64,000 nt of DNA from Cycas panzhihuaensis. Taxonomy: Eukaryota > Plantae > Cycadophyta. Every line of letters starts with the position of its first letter. Positions within the stretch are counted from its first letter, which is position 1. This document shows positions 38,043 through 51,514 of this stretch, one piece after another. The stretch is taken from the NCBI GenBank assembly GCA_023213395.1, contig CM041465.1, positions 209,505,741-209,569,740 on the forward strand, given 5' to 3'. Both the position numbers and the translations under genes were made by a program. The notes under the pieces are model-generated. The model was not told the origin of the DNA. It was given only the letters and a program-made list of their open reading frames with translations, and searched no databases.

Positions 38043-40275
38043 ATTTCTATAAAATACATGGTATTTGTAAATAGATCACCACTCTATATACCCCACAGTC
38101 TAATGGGATAGCTGAAAGGTTAAACATAACTAATAGAAATGGCACAATGCATGATAAAAGAAAAAAAAGTTTCAAATGTATACTGGGCTGAAGTAGTTAA
38201 CACTATTATTTATCTCATAAACGCAAATCCCATAAGACAGGCAAGAAACTCAATGTAAGTCATCTAAGAATCTTTGGAAGCACTACTTATGTGCACATTC
38301 CAAATCAAAAAAGAACTAAATTAGATGAAAAAAGTATTAAATGTATCATGATTGGATACAATAATAAGTCAAAAGCCTATTATTGCATAGATTCAAAAAC
38401 TAATAGAATCTATGTAAGTAGAGAAGTAATTTTTTATGAAGAAGTAATTTTTTATGAAGGCACTCCAATCAGTAAAAATATCGGCTACACTCAAAAAGGC
38501 ATAATACTGGAAGAAAATATGGAGTCCTCCAATGAAGAGAATACAACTGGAGAAGAATCCATGTCTCATGATTAGGAAGAGATAGCATCTCATGAAGATC
38601 CAAAAACATTAGAATAGAAAAACAATAGAGTACTTATGAGAAAAGGCTACCTAAATGGTACTTAAAAATTGTAGAAGAATCAAAAGGAGATGTTTTTTAG
38701 CACAAAACCAGGTCTCAAACACATCAAGCATTAATTTGTTTAGTTGAGCCTCAATGTTTTGAAGAAGCTTGTCAAAAAACAAAGTGACTAGAAGCCATGA
38801 ACAAAGAGACAACCTCCATAAATCAAAACAATACTTGGGAGTTAGTTCCTCCACCCGAAAGTAAACCTATTGTAGGTTGCAAATGAATGTACAAGATAAA
38901 GGAGAAGTCTGACGGTAGTATTGAAAAGTATTATGCCAGACTTGTTGCAAAATGATATACTCAAACTACAAGTATTGATTATGAAGAAACTTTTACTCCA
39001 ATGGCAAAATTAATAACCATCTGCATAGTTATAGCTCTAGCAACACAATATGGATGGTAAATTGTGCAACTTGATGTGAAAGGTGCCTTTCTAAATGATG
39101 ATCTAAATGGAGAAGTCTATATGAAACAACCACCTGGGTATAGAAAGAACGGAGAGGAATATCTAATCTGCAAGTTAAAAAAGGCCTTATATGGCCTAAA
39201 ACAAACACCTTGAGCCTCGTATGCAACACTAGATCATCATCTCTGAATGAAAGATTTCAATAGATGTGAAGTTGATCCAAGTCTTTATATTAGGAAACAA
39301 AAGGACTTGATCACATAATTGTTGTGTATGTAGATGATTTGATTGTTACGAGTAGTGATTGAAAAAACATCAATTGGGTGCAAACATAGATGGAAAATAA
39401 TTTTGAAATGACCGATATGGGTGCACTTCATTATTATCTTAGTATAGAAGTTCATCAAGTAGGAAATGGCATCTTTATCTCACAATCAAAGTATGCCAAG
39501 AATCTTCTCAAGAAATTCAATGCGGGGGAATGTAATCCTTATGCCACACACATGGAAACAGGTTGTGTTCTAACAGTTGATGAAAAATATCATCAAGTAA
39601 ATGAAAATCTCTTCAGACAACTAGTTGGAAGTCTTATTTACTTGACAGCAACCAAGCTAGATATATCCTTTTCTGTAGAAGTTGTTTCCAGATTTATGCA
39701 CAATCCAAAGGTTACTCATTGGAATGCTATCAAACAAATCTTAAGATACACAAAAGGTACATTAGAGCTTGGGCTACAATATACTAAGATAGACAAACCG
39801 GGCTTAATTGGATTCAGTGACTCTAACTGGATAGGAGAGCTACAAGAACGAAAGTCTACATTAGCCTATTGTTTCAATCTTAGATCAGTTGTGACATTCT
39901 GAAGTAGTAAAAAACAACTAACAGTAGCCTTATCCTCAAAAGAAGCAAAGTGAAAAGCCATGGTCAGTGCAACCTGTGAAGTACTATGGTTAAGACAACT
40001 TCTCAGAGATTTAGCTCAGAGTTGCCTTAAAGCAACCACAATCTTCTGTGATAATCAAATTGTTATCAAACTTACTAAAAATCCCATCTTTCATGCAAAG
40101 ACTAAAGACATAGAAGTCCATCATCATTTTATCAAAGAAAAAGTCCAGAATAAAGAAATAGATTTGCAATACTACCACAGTGATCAACAAGTTGGAGGCA
40201 TCTTCACATAACCATTATCAAAAGACAAATTTCAACATCTCAAAGATCTATTAGAAATGAAAAACAAAGGGTAAA
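38043..40275 (+). pseudogene. pol: Copia A integrase C-terminal part, RT and RNase H
   Basis: YTPQSNGIAER; KRTKLDEKSIKCI; VYVDDLIV; NPIFHAKTKDIEVHHHFIKE. Confidence 0.9.
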
Positions 40276-40289
40276 ACATTAAGGGAGGG

Positions 40290-40500
40290 TATTAGAATAT
40301 TAATGTTTTATCCTAAGTATTGTACTCAAGAATCTCTTATGTAAATTGAGGATTATGTGTCATAGTCCCTCTTGAGTTTAAAAATGATACTTATCATACA
40401 TGCACTAGGTCTCTTATGTAAGTCAAATGTATATAAGAGAGAAAAGCTCTCTCTCATCAATCAATTAAGATCATTCTCTTCCTAAGTTTGTTTTACATCA
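40290..40500 (+). repeat. 3' LTR of Copia A
   Basis: Matches 280-490. Confidence 0.92.
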
Positions 40501-42752
40501 ATTTAATGGGATAATGGGTAATAAGAAAAACGTGTGTGTGATGTGTATAAGTATATTTGTTCAAAGTGTTTCCTTACATCAGTAAGCATTGATAAGGGTA
40601 GGAGAGCGAGCACAAACACTCCTCCTCCCCCACTCCTTCCTCCCTCTACCTAGGTTGGGCTAGGCTTTTGAGAGGGGGGCATACTTTTAAACTCTATGCA
40701 CTTCCTCATAACTGGGGAAAGACCATATTGATGACATGTGGAAATAGAGCAATAGTGGTTGGGAGATAATGCTTCAACCCTTTATCCTTTTGAGAACAAA
40801 TGTATGTAAGATCGTTCTTGCAGCTCATGACAATGTATTCCCTCATACGAGTGCTTATAAATGCAATGGGAATTGATGAATGCATGGCCCCATACCTAGG
40901 GCTAGGCAGCAAAAGAGATAGATATTAGTATGCATGACAACCTTGGTCTCCAAGCCTACGGCAGGCTCTCTAAAGGAGGTGGCATATGTCTCCATATCAA
41001 ATTGGTATGGCATCACCTTTTAGTTTGTTATGGACTCATTGTGGGTCTGATGGTCTTGGGGTTTTTTGATTGTTGTAGAGGCACTTTCCTTTTGGGTTTA
41101 CTACAATGTGGAAAAGCTTGAGCTAGGGGTTCTTCAATTCTGTGGCTAGGCTCTGCATTGATGGTACTTTTCTTTTGGTGCCTTCAGAGATGAGAACATT
41201 GTGGATGCATACCAACCACGGAGAATCAATAGTGAGATTCCACAGTATTGTTTTAACAAATTTTGTCGGTTGGTTTAATAATTTTTGCAAAAGTTGGATT
41301 CATATATGTGTGAAGACATATTTTGACTATTGATATGGAGTTTTGACTTGATCACAAGGATTTCTCCTTGCAATGGCAATGTTGTTCACGATTTTACGCT
41401 TTTGTCTTTGAGTTGGCTCATAGCGGATCTCCTCAATTCCCTATGGTGGCTAGTAAGACTATTGGTGCATGGTACAGGGTGTTGTGCCAACTGTCCATGT
41501 GGTGGTGAACCTTAGGCTTCTCACATGAGGATTCAAACATGCAGGCAACCTTTTCAATGGTCCATGCTTGGTCGAATATAGAGCCTCTTAGATTGATCTC
41601 ATTCCATACATGCAATTAGTTGTTTCAGCTCAGTTGTTTCAGTGGAGTGTTGCAAGTGGTGTGTGCAAGCATGCATACCTGCTTATTTTTGTGATACGTT
41701 GGTTTGTGCATGCTTTTTGGCAGAATTCATTTTCATGGGTATGACCTTTCGATTTCTGAAGATTATTCTTCATGCATGCAATCTTGTCAGTAACTGATTT
41801 AGGGTGCGATTTGGCCTTTTTTAGGGGTGTTTTTTTTCCATGCTTCTACATGTGGGTGTATCCATTGCCTTAGCGGCCACCAAAAAGCTCCAATAGGGTT
41901 TTAGAGGCAACCCTAGGTAGTTATTTGTGTCTAACTCACTTCCAACGCTAGAGCGAACCATCCCTGGCATTGTGTTTTTGTTAACGGTGATTATTATTTC
42001 CAACATTAGGGCTCGCCATCGCTGACATTGCATATCTGTTTACGATAAATACTTCACAACGTTAGGGCTAACTGTACCTAGCATTGGGTATCTTTCCACA
42101 GTAACAATTGTTGTTGTGGCCATCTTGCAACCTCTTAGGGTAGTGCACCATGTTTGCAGTAGACTTTGCTTTGTATGTCTTTAGAGTTATTGAGTAGTAG
42201 TGTCTATAGATATTGTTGTTTTTAAAGCTATAGAGTTGTAGTGTTGAACTTTCTAAGTTCGAGCTTACGGGAAGGCATTTTCCAGAGATGATGTAATCTT
42301 TTCCATTTTCATGCAATGAAAATGTTTTTTTAAACTGTAACAAAAAATTAAAAAAGGTATTTCCTTTGCAACAAATGTGTATGTGAGCACTAACATGTAG
42401 CAACAAGTCGACAAAGTGGTCAAGGCTAGACATGAAGAGGATGATATCAAACAGGAGTCGTCACATGACCAAAGAGCAATCTGGCAGCCTTGGGACAGCT
42501 GGCATGCTGATCTGCCAACAGATACTGGTTCTTCTTTATGGTGTTTTCGCTTGGTCTCCCTCCCGCCCCCCCGATATGCAACTGAGGGCTTTGGATACTT
42601 TTTAACGTTGATTGTTTAGTGTGTTTCTTGACCCCAGTTTCTTGGGCAATTCCTTCTCCTCACAAACCTCGTGTATCTAACAACGTTCGTTCATATTCTA
42701 GTTTCTGGATAAAATCAGTTTATCCTTGCCTCAATAGCACCCGGTATCCGAG

Positions 42753-43261
42753 TTAGGTTCTCGGCTCCAGCTCAACGCATTGCTTCGCTATTCCATATGT
42801 TTGGGTTGCACATATTCGTCTATAAGGGGAATTTCCTGCAGTAAGCCCCATATATTTCTCATGTGCTTCTCGATCCTATTCTCGCCTTAAAAAAAGTAAT
42901 ATTTTCATTGAAACCCCAATCATCAAAAACCCCAATTAATCAAAAACCCCGATTAAGCCAATTAAAATGCAGATAACATCCTCGCGAACCCGCTCAAATG
43001 TTGTAATAGATCAGAGGCCCCGATATTAGGATTCCCACGCAATCTTGTGAGTATTTGAACCATCTTGAAAGTTATTTCCACCGTCAAAATGGATAACATT
43101 AAAGCTATATGTACAGCAATAGAACAGGATATGGCCAAAACAAAGGTACAGAAAATGGTCTGACCTGTGGCTGTAACACCAGCGTAGAAGTTGCCCAAAA
43201 CAAACACAGCCACAGAGCAGTACAGGCTTAGGAGAGCCGAATTCGACCATCTTTTCTGCAT
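42753..43261 (-). CDS. Candidate two-exon small secreted peptide, 59 aa (exons 43261-43165 and 42835-42753)
   Basis: MQKRWSNSALLSLYCSVAVFVLGNFYAGVTAT|GNSPYRRICATQTYGIAKQCVELEPRT*; signal-peptide-like exon 1; phase-1 intron AG|GTCAGA...TGCAG|G (329 nt); region retains CpG. Confidence 0.45.
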
Positions 43262-44006
43262 GGCATCCTTTTTTGAATAAAACCTGTGATCCAGCCTCCG
43301 GTGTTTTTGGATCTATAACACCAAATGTTTTGGATTTACAGTATATGTTCGTGACAGTCTGATTGATGCTGGTTTTAAGATACGTTGAACCTTCGCTTCT
43401 CCTAGCTTTTAAGGAGCTCTTTGTGTGACTTACATGAATGGTCTCGCAGGACTAACGGGGTTTGAACGCGTATCATTTTATACGCGTATCGGGGACTGCA
43501 CGTATCATTTTGGTCCTTCGACACTCACGGTCGTCTATTATTTTTTTATATGCCGCATAAATGTGGCAAATAATTACCACCACCATTGTGTCGCAATTTT
43601 TGGATTTTCTAATAGTGGTCTTAAAAAAAAAAGGGGGATAACATGATGTCAAAATAATCCTCCTCTGTCCCCATAAAAGTTAGCTCTATAATATTATATT
43701 ATATTTGATATAAGTGAATCTTAGCATAATAAAATTTGCATTATTTGTATAAGGAATATCTTCCATGTTTTTATGTTATGAAATCTATTTCACACCCAAA
43801 AAAATATGCAACATAAGAGAATTGTTATTATGGTGATTATTTATTACAAATTTGATTTACTAAAATATGATATAATATAATCACATCATATAATGTAATG
43901 TAATATAAATTTATGGGTAATTAATTATCATAATGCTATCTCTTTAATGATGAGAATTTGTATGATGAAAATAGGTTTTATAACATTTATCCTCATAATG
44001 AATATA

Positions 44007-46492
44007 TGTTATGAATCAACATACCCTAGTTTTAATATATTTAAAAGGGCTTTAGCAAAGACAATTTGTCACGTAACATTCTTCAGAGCTTTAGCCTATT
44101 AGAGGAAACCCATAAGCTATAACAATCTTAAAGGAGTCTTTGCCTTAAAGAGGATTAATTATAATTAGAATCGCCCATTATTGTATTTGCTTATTGTTAA
44201 TTTATTAATATTTATGTCCACAAACTACTGTGTTTCCATTACAAATCATTGTTGACCATAATAAATGATATTAAAGCACAGGCTTATTTCGAGCACTTAA
44301 CTTTTTCAAAATAATAATGCCATAACACCATAACATAAATAATTATGGCTAAGAATATAGTAATAATAAAAGGCATAAAATGATTGATGCCCACTGAAAA
44401 GCAAATCAATTAGGCTAACCCAAGATCTAACAACAAGCCTTTTAATTGCAACAACTTAAATATATATTAGTGGTACTGCAATTGTTATAGTTGCCAACAC
44501 CTAACTTGCTCTCCAATGGATCCTTGTTAAGGGATTTAGGTTGTTCTCATTCCAATTAATAAACTCAATCAGCCTAGTATTATTACTTATTATCACTACC
44601 TCTGCATGTTAGGATCAAGTAATTTATGTGTATATTGCCTTCCTTATATATAATAGTTGTTTCTCATGCTCTCTCTTTGGAAGTGAACCCTAATTCTCTA
44701 TCACTCGTCACTACTATAATAAGCTTTTATCCTATTATTGAGGGTTAATAGGGTAAATATTTTAATAAAGTGTCATTTACACTAACGCTATGTAATTTGT
44801 TAATTTATCATGAATCATTAAAATACTGTATAAGCACACATTGGCCTTTTATGTAATAAATACACCCCTTCTAAAAGTTGAGATTTGGTGTAAATATTGA
44901 CTTTGAAATTACTACAATTATCCAAGTAGTAAGAACACCATTAAAGAAATTATAACTAATTTAATAAGCCATTCACAATTTCACAGTCTAAAAATAGTTC
45001 ATACTAATACATGTATGGCTCAATCTTTGAAACAAATATATAGTTGTCAATAAGATTAATCAAGTAGTGAATAATTAGAAGGAAAATTAGTTGAGATGTA
45101 AGGATTTGATAAGGTTGAAGCCACCAAGCAGATTGAAGAAAAACTTAAGCAACTTAAAGAAGAGCCCTGATAATTAAGCAACTTCAATAATATATCTCTA
45201 TCAAAACATATTTGCCATAAAAGAGCACATGGCTCTTATCCCCTATTCACCTCTTTAAAAAAATCATCCCCTATAATTGGTTATAAATCTTATGGCATTC
45301 ATCTTGCATTACCTAAGCCATCATTTTCATTATCTATATATTTCTCTTATTTACCACTTATCCATCCCTTACCTCATATCTCTAGTTCTCTAAACTCTCT
45401 ATATAGGCCATCCCTTAGCTTCATCTTTAACATGCATTACTTTATTCCCTTATCATTCTTATTTCAACCTTCAATCCATGTACCTTTCTCCTATATGCCT
45501 TTATTTCATCCTACTGATCCCTTACTGCCAACATCTTGCTCTTTATTTCTTATGCATCTCTTTTATATGGTTTATATCTATACTAGAAACCTACCACGCC
45601 CCCTACATCATTATTCTTATCCTCTTATTCCTTGTCCTCCCTACTTGTCTTATTACTTTATTAAATCATTTCTTTGATTCATGTCCCTAATTCTCATTCC
45701 CTTCTCTCTCTATAAATATTTATATTTCATTCCTACCCTTGATACACCTTCAATTTGCATCCTTAACTAAACCTCATATATATTACCTAATGTGCCTATT
45801 AATTCAAATCTCATCACTTACTTCATTGCCCCTTATATATCCTCTTAATTATTACACAACAAAGACACCTTAACTATATCCCTAAATTTATGCCCCTTGT
45901 CCACACCAATGTCATTCCCTTATTTCCCCTTTTAAGGACAACTTCCTATGGATAGAATGTGTAAGTAGGACTCAAGACCTATAACAACTAAAGTCTATAA
46001 CCCATAGGTCTTAAGACCATTCACATGTAAGGTCTTATACAAAAGTCAATTAAGATAGGATATTATTACAAATACAAATATTACAAATAGGGTTGTTATC
46101 TAAAGATGGCATAAAAATCATGAATATTAAGGCAATGCTACTCTAAAATAAACAAATCATGTAATTACTTGGTGAAATAGAAGAATATGGATCTTGTCAA
46201 TTACAATGCTTTAAGGGCAAAGCATTTTTCTCGAGGGGGACTTGTTACAAACTAGCATACCCCAATTGTATAGTATATTCAAAGGGACATTAGTAAAAAC
46301 CATTAATTATGGAATGTTCTTTAAAGCATTGGCTTATTAGAGGAAATCTATAGGTTGCAATGATCTTGGAGGAGCCCTCACCTTGAAAATGACTTGTTAT
46401 CATCAAAATCATCCATTGTTGTACTTATTTATTGTTAATTTATGCTGATAATTCAACCATAATAAATAGTGGTAACATTTAGGCTTGTTACA
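44007..46492 (+). mobile_element. Old chromovirus-derived LTR element H with 18S rRNA cargo
   Basis: Diverged LTR pair at ~44007-44291 and 46243-46492; PPT cgaggggga; chromodomain remnant YLVK*KN near 46165. Confidence 0.7.
44272..45066 (-). pseudogene. 18S rRNA: Heavily decayed 18S rRNA fragment (5' ~800 nt)
   Basis: Reverse complement follows 18S landmarks: 5' end (agattaatcaagta ~ ggatcaaccaggta), catgtatggctcaatctttgaaacaa, gaaccctaattctc, ccaatggatccttgttaagggatttag, aagccttttaattgcaacaacttaaatata; pervasive C>T/G>A changes. Confidence 0.9.
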
Positions 46493-47449
46493 ATTTCTTA
46501 TATTTATCCATCCCTATATAGAAATATTCTTAAAATAAGACTACAAGAGTACTCTCCCAATGGAGACTTAAAGGTTGTAAGGCTAATTAATTAATATTTA
46601 TCTAAACTATACTACATGAAACAAAACATGGTAATATGGGCTTTCTACATCTATAGTTTGAAACATAGAACTATATGTCATACCTCAAACTTGAGTTTAT
46701 CATAGAGGGAAGACATTAAGCCTTAGGTAGGATCATTGCAGCCATAATTAAATTCAAATTTTAATTTATAAGTCCTATTATTTAGTAAATATACAAGTTA
46801 TTTAAAATCTTTAAGTTACATGCCATTAATAGTTAAGATGATGAATCACTCATTTGCTATACTATCTATGTCTTCATTGAGGTTCATCTTTGACCAACCT
46901 CAATTTAAACTTACATGATAAATTACCTATCTATTATATTATATTTACCTTTGTTCTAATTTATGTTTCACTAATTTATAGTCAAACTTGTGATAAAGAC
47001 TCCTAAATGACTAAAAGATAATTGGTTGGCTAGGCTTATAAATTAATAATTAGTCAATAAGGAGAGTTAACATCTTCTTTCCTTCCATAATGGTAGATAT
47101 AGTAGTTTAACTCCTTCACCTATCATTCTTTAGATCTTTTCTTCAACTACACTCTTTCACATGTCATACATCAAAGATAAACCTACATCCTTTACATGAA
47201 TATTAATTACATAAAGATAAGATGAAGGTAATACACTTATAATTCATATCCATTACTAAGATACATAGATAACTAGTCCCTGCACTTATCACTTATAAGA
47301 AATTGTCTAAATATGAGGATTATTTTTTATGATACTTTAAAATGTTTGTAGACTAACACCTTTTTTTATTACTGCACTACTAATTTTTTTATAACTACAC
47401 TTATATTCAACTTTCATAACTTTTAACTATATTTTCACCTTATTAAGAA

Positions 47450-48200
47450 AATTTTTACTATTTCTTCCAACCTTGTAGTAAACATTATAAAGTTTTTTAG
47501 CCAACATTAAAAAAATAAGATAAGCATCATGGTACAATTGCTAGGTTATAAGCACAAAGTTCATCAAAACTTTAAATAGCATAATGGCATTACATAACAC
47601 ATGTATACAACTACCAAAATAATACATTGCTAAACGTAAAAATAAGCACTAATCTACACCATTCATTGCTTCTTTTTATGGTATGATTATGAAACTTATG
47701 TAACATTTATATTTATTTTTAACATCTTATTGAATAGTTGGTATCCTTCCTCATTGATGAATTTCATTGAACATGTCATTAACATGCCTAAAACTTCATT
47801 AAATTCCAACAAAATTAAGTCATTATCAGATTTATAGGTATCCAATAATATGAAATTAAAATAATTATTTTGAAAGAAAAATTAAAATTCTTCTAATAGC
47901 ACAGTAGATTTATTCTATACTTTAGTGGTAAATATGCCAATAGATGTTAAAAATGAGATTGAATTTTTAGTCTCTATTTATTTGGACCAGTGTTAATTTA
48001 GTTGGGATTTCTATCAAGTACTTAGCATTCATTATTCATTTGAACATTGCAACAAAAATTTTATATGTAGGGTTCTTTTGGCATTTTATGAAACAAGTGG
48101 CATGGAGTGTTATTGTTATACTATGTTTTGAGCTTTATTTTTACTTTAGTATCAAATTAAAAACTTTAAATTAACAAACTAAAGTACTTAGTTACCTTCA
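47450..48200 (-). pseudogene. Possible Mutator (MULE) transposase remnant
   Basis: NNTPCHLFH (CxxH-type) and YYFGSCIHVLC (SWIM-like) on the minus strand; very decayed. Confidence 0.35.
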
Positions 48201-51200
48201 TAATGCCACCTATTGGGATAATGCCCATTATTAGGATAATACCCAATCTTGATGTTTTGGCATAGTCAGTTCCACATGTGCTCTATTAACTTGATAATGA
48301 TAAGTTGGTGCTTGACCTTGAGGGGTGTGCCTATTACCTCTCAAATTTCCTCTATTTATCTATTACGATCAATGACCATAGTGTTCTTTAACTCCATCCT
48401 TTATTTATCTCTTGTTATCCTCTTTAAGGTTCCATTACATGTGTGTTATGATGGGCCAATCCCCAACATTTGGTATCAAGGCCATTAATGACTCTGATTT
48501 TGTTCTTAGTAGACCAACTACAAGGCACTTTTTATTAGTGGAAATTTGTTTAGAGGCCTTCTCATTTATTTACTATAATACTTGTTATTTTTTTAATTTG
48601 TTGTGATCTATAGGCCATAGTCTTTAGAATCCTTGTAGTTGAAACCATTCCTCCCCTATTTTATCTTAGATTTACACTACTTCTATCTACATTATATATT
48701 ATTTTAATTTACCATTTGTTTTATTTTTGTTGCTTTCTACCATTGGGTTATAACCTATTACAACCTCCATCCATCTATCCATCTCTTACCTAACATGCTT
48801 GACTCATTGTGAAACATATATGCTCTAACTACTATGAATGTATGCACAATTATATCCATCATTAGTGGTTTTTATTTTTGAATTTTTAACATCTAAAGGG
48901 TATATTGATACATGCTTCTATGTTGGCTTAAGTGGGCATCTCCATTAAAAGCACCATTATACTTAGTGTGGGTTTCTTATATTATATGAATTGTTCAACT
49001 CTTGCTTACCTAGCTTTTTACCTCTCAATCTCTCAATCTTACAAGATACTAAAGTGAAAGTAGTGTATTGAATGTAACCATAAATGAGGATGTGGCCAAA
49101 TCACACAAGTCACCATGATTCAATTTCAAATATATTTTAAATCAAGCTTGGGGTAGGATTTATTAATACCAAAATGTTGATATTTAATGTTTATTTGTGG
49201 CTTATAACCTTAGGTCATGAGCTTCACTTTTAATCTTTGTATTATGTTACTAGTTAGTATTCTAATATTTATGTGAGTTAATAAGTCATTGGAGGTTATA
49301 ACTCTCATCTCATATGTGTCAATTAATTAGGATTAATATTTCATTTTGCAGTTGTCTTTATGCACATATTATGCATTATAAAAATGTAATAAGAGATGGT
49401 TATGGAATGAGATTTATGTCATGCTTTGAAACTAATTTTCACTGTATGATATAATTAATCTTATTTTTGGATCTCCATTGAATGTTTAAATATTTTATAT
49501 AGTATTAGAGCAATTTTAAGGTGTAATATAAGTTGTAATTATTGGTTATTATACTAGTTCTAGGTTATTTGTAAATTAATCTTTGTTACATGCCTTTATT
49601 TATTTCTTAACTTGAGATATTTTTCTATTAGATAAGTTTTTATAATGCATGTTATAGGGTTTATGGAGCAGGTTCTATTATGTTCATTGATAGGTCTATT
49701 ATAGCAGGGGCACTCTCCCATAACATTTATTTTCAAACACAAACATCTAAGTATTGTCAAGTATACAAAATTAGTTATTATCTTCAACGAGGAGCTATTA
49801 TAGAACAAGCTACAAATGTTTGTTTTGATTTAATGGTACAATATGCAATAGGTTAAAGACACCTATTTATATACATAGTGTATGATTTTTTTTTAATACC
49901 TTGTATAGAAAAAAAAAAAACATATGAAAGTATACGAAGCCTACTAACTTATATGTAGGCTTAAACATATATTTTGTTATAGGAAAATAGCTCATTTAAT
50001 GAGCCTTTTCACAGCTACAAGAGACACCTACATGCAAGCAAACTAACACCTACTTACATTAGAATTTTGTAAGCTGTGAAAATACTCCTTCATCAAGGTA
50101 TAATAGAAAACACTTTAATACCTTCTAAACAGACATTAAAATTACACATTAGGCCATTAAAAAATAATATTATGATGACCTCCTATGAATGACAGTGTTG
50201 AAGTGTTGGACCCCACATTTAAATGTAGAAAAGAAATATTAAAAGAAGATATTAAAACATTGATGGTTGAGGTCTATTATTAAGAGGTGATAAAAAATGA
50301 CAAACAAAGGTATTAAAATATAATGTTTTTAATCTTTGGAGAAATGTCTTTTATTTAATATAGAATAATCTATAAAATATTCTAAAACACATAATTTAAA
50401 GTTTTAAACTTTAGACTTCAAAAATTTTATCTATGCACCTTTTCTCAAGTGGTAACTAATCTAAAGTTTGATCATGTAACATTAGCTTTTCGTTATTGTT
50501 TTAGGAGTTTGTGGATAAGTAGTAGTAGGGTGAGAAGATTTGCCTTTCTATTCACATGGGATCACCATCGAAACACCACAAAAGGGTGTTTTGAAGCAGC
50601 CATTAAAACATAAAAAACATTGGTCATGTCGATAGCACACTAATAAAGCAACCATAATATTGAGATATAGAATGTGATCGGAAAAATACCATTGTTAATA
50701 AAATAGAGGAAACTATATACCATTATAGTGTGAAATGCAAAAATGAGATGTCAACCTGCATTGAAGTGAGATGTCATATACAGAGGAAGACATTGAAAAA
50801 CACACACTTATAATGAAGCTTACAAAATAAAAAAGGAAACCCTACACATAGTGAAACCATTATAGTGAGGAGAACTCACCCAAACCCAATGAGGATGAGG
50901 AAGATGAAAAGGGATTTTTTGCATGCTTATGATTGATTTTTACATGTGTTGATATGCAAAAACTACCCACAACGATTTCTACTAACACCACAATAAGAAT
51001 CTTAAAGAGATACTCAAAAGCAATGAAAAAATATATTCTTTTAGAGATGTTGGAGCACCACCCAAGCTATTAGTGGAATATTTTAAAGGAATACTCTATG
51101 GTAGAGTTTGGACAAAATCTGGTTTTCACTTTTATAAGGTTGTTATGATATTAAAATGGATTGGATAAAATTTTAGAGTTCATGACGAAGCCCCCAATAT

Positions 51201-51514
51201 GTCAACTCCTGATCAAGTGATCTCTAGGGTGTTATGGTTATTTATGGTCAATCTAAAGTCCATCTTGGATATGTGAATATACCACAATGTTATTATTTTG
51301 ATATCTATAATTTCGCAGTGATCACATGTAATACTTCTGTATAATTTTTTGAAGAAAAATCAAAATTTTATGTTTTTTAACTTATTTTGGCTACCTGCAC
51401 TAAGGAAGTAAAATCTCACTTACTAGCTACCTACATGTAGACTGAAGATTTTCACAACTTTAGTACTTTATTTATGTGTTTGTTTAGTTACTTTCTATTT
51501 GTTATTTGTTTAAA

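Larger units (their letters stand above)
280..40500 (+). mobile_element. Ty1/Copia LTR retrotransposon A, outermost and decayed; hosts B, the TRIM and F
   Basis: 211-bp LTR pair at 280-490 and 40290-40500; degenerate Met-i PBS at 491; PPT aagggaggg before the 3' LTR; TSD GTTTA/ATTTA (4/5); gag-PR-INT-RT-RH order across three segments. Confidence 0.92.

Noticed and set aside
40560-41700. Possible gene or TE coding remnant
   Set aside because: All frames are broken and no domain is recognisable; left unassigned.
42962-43261. Unspliced 99-aa membrane protein ORF
   Set aside because: A strong donor site at 43164 and intron-like composition favour the spliced model; not excluded.
44272-45066. 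Functional 18S rRNA gene
   Set aside because: Partial, saturated with transitions, and no adjoining ITS/5.8S/28S.
48460-48490. LTR end plus PBS (ccccaaca tttggtatcaaggcc)
   Set aside because: No partner LTR or TSD could be found, so no element could be delimited.
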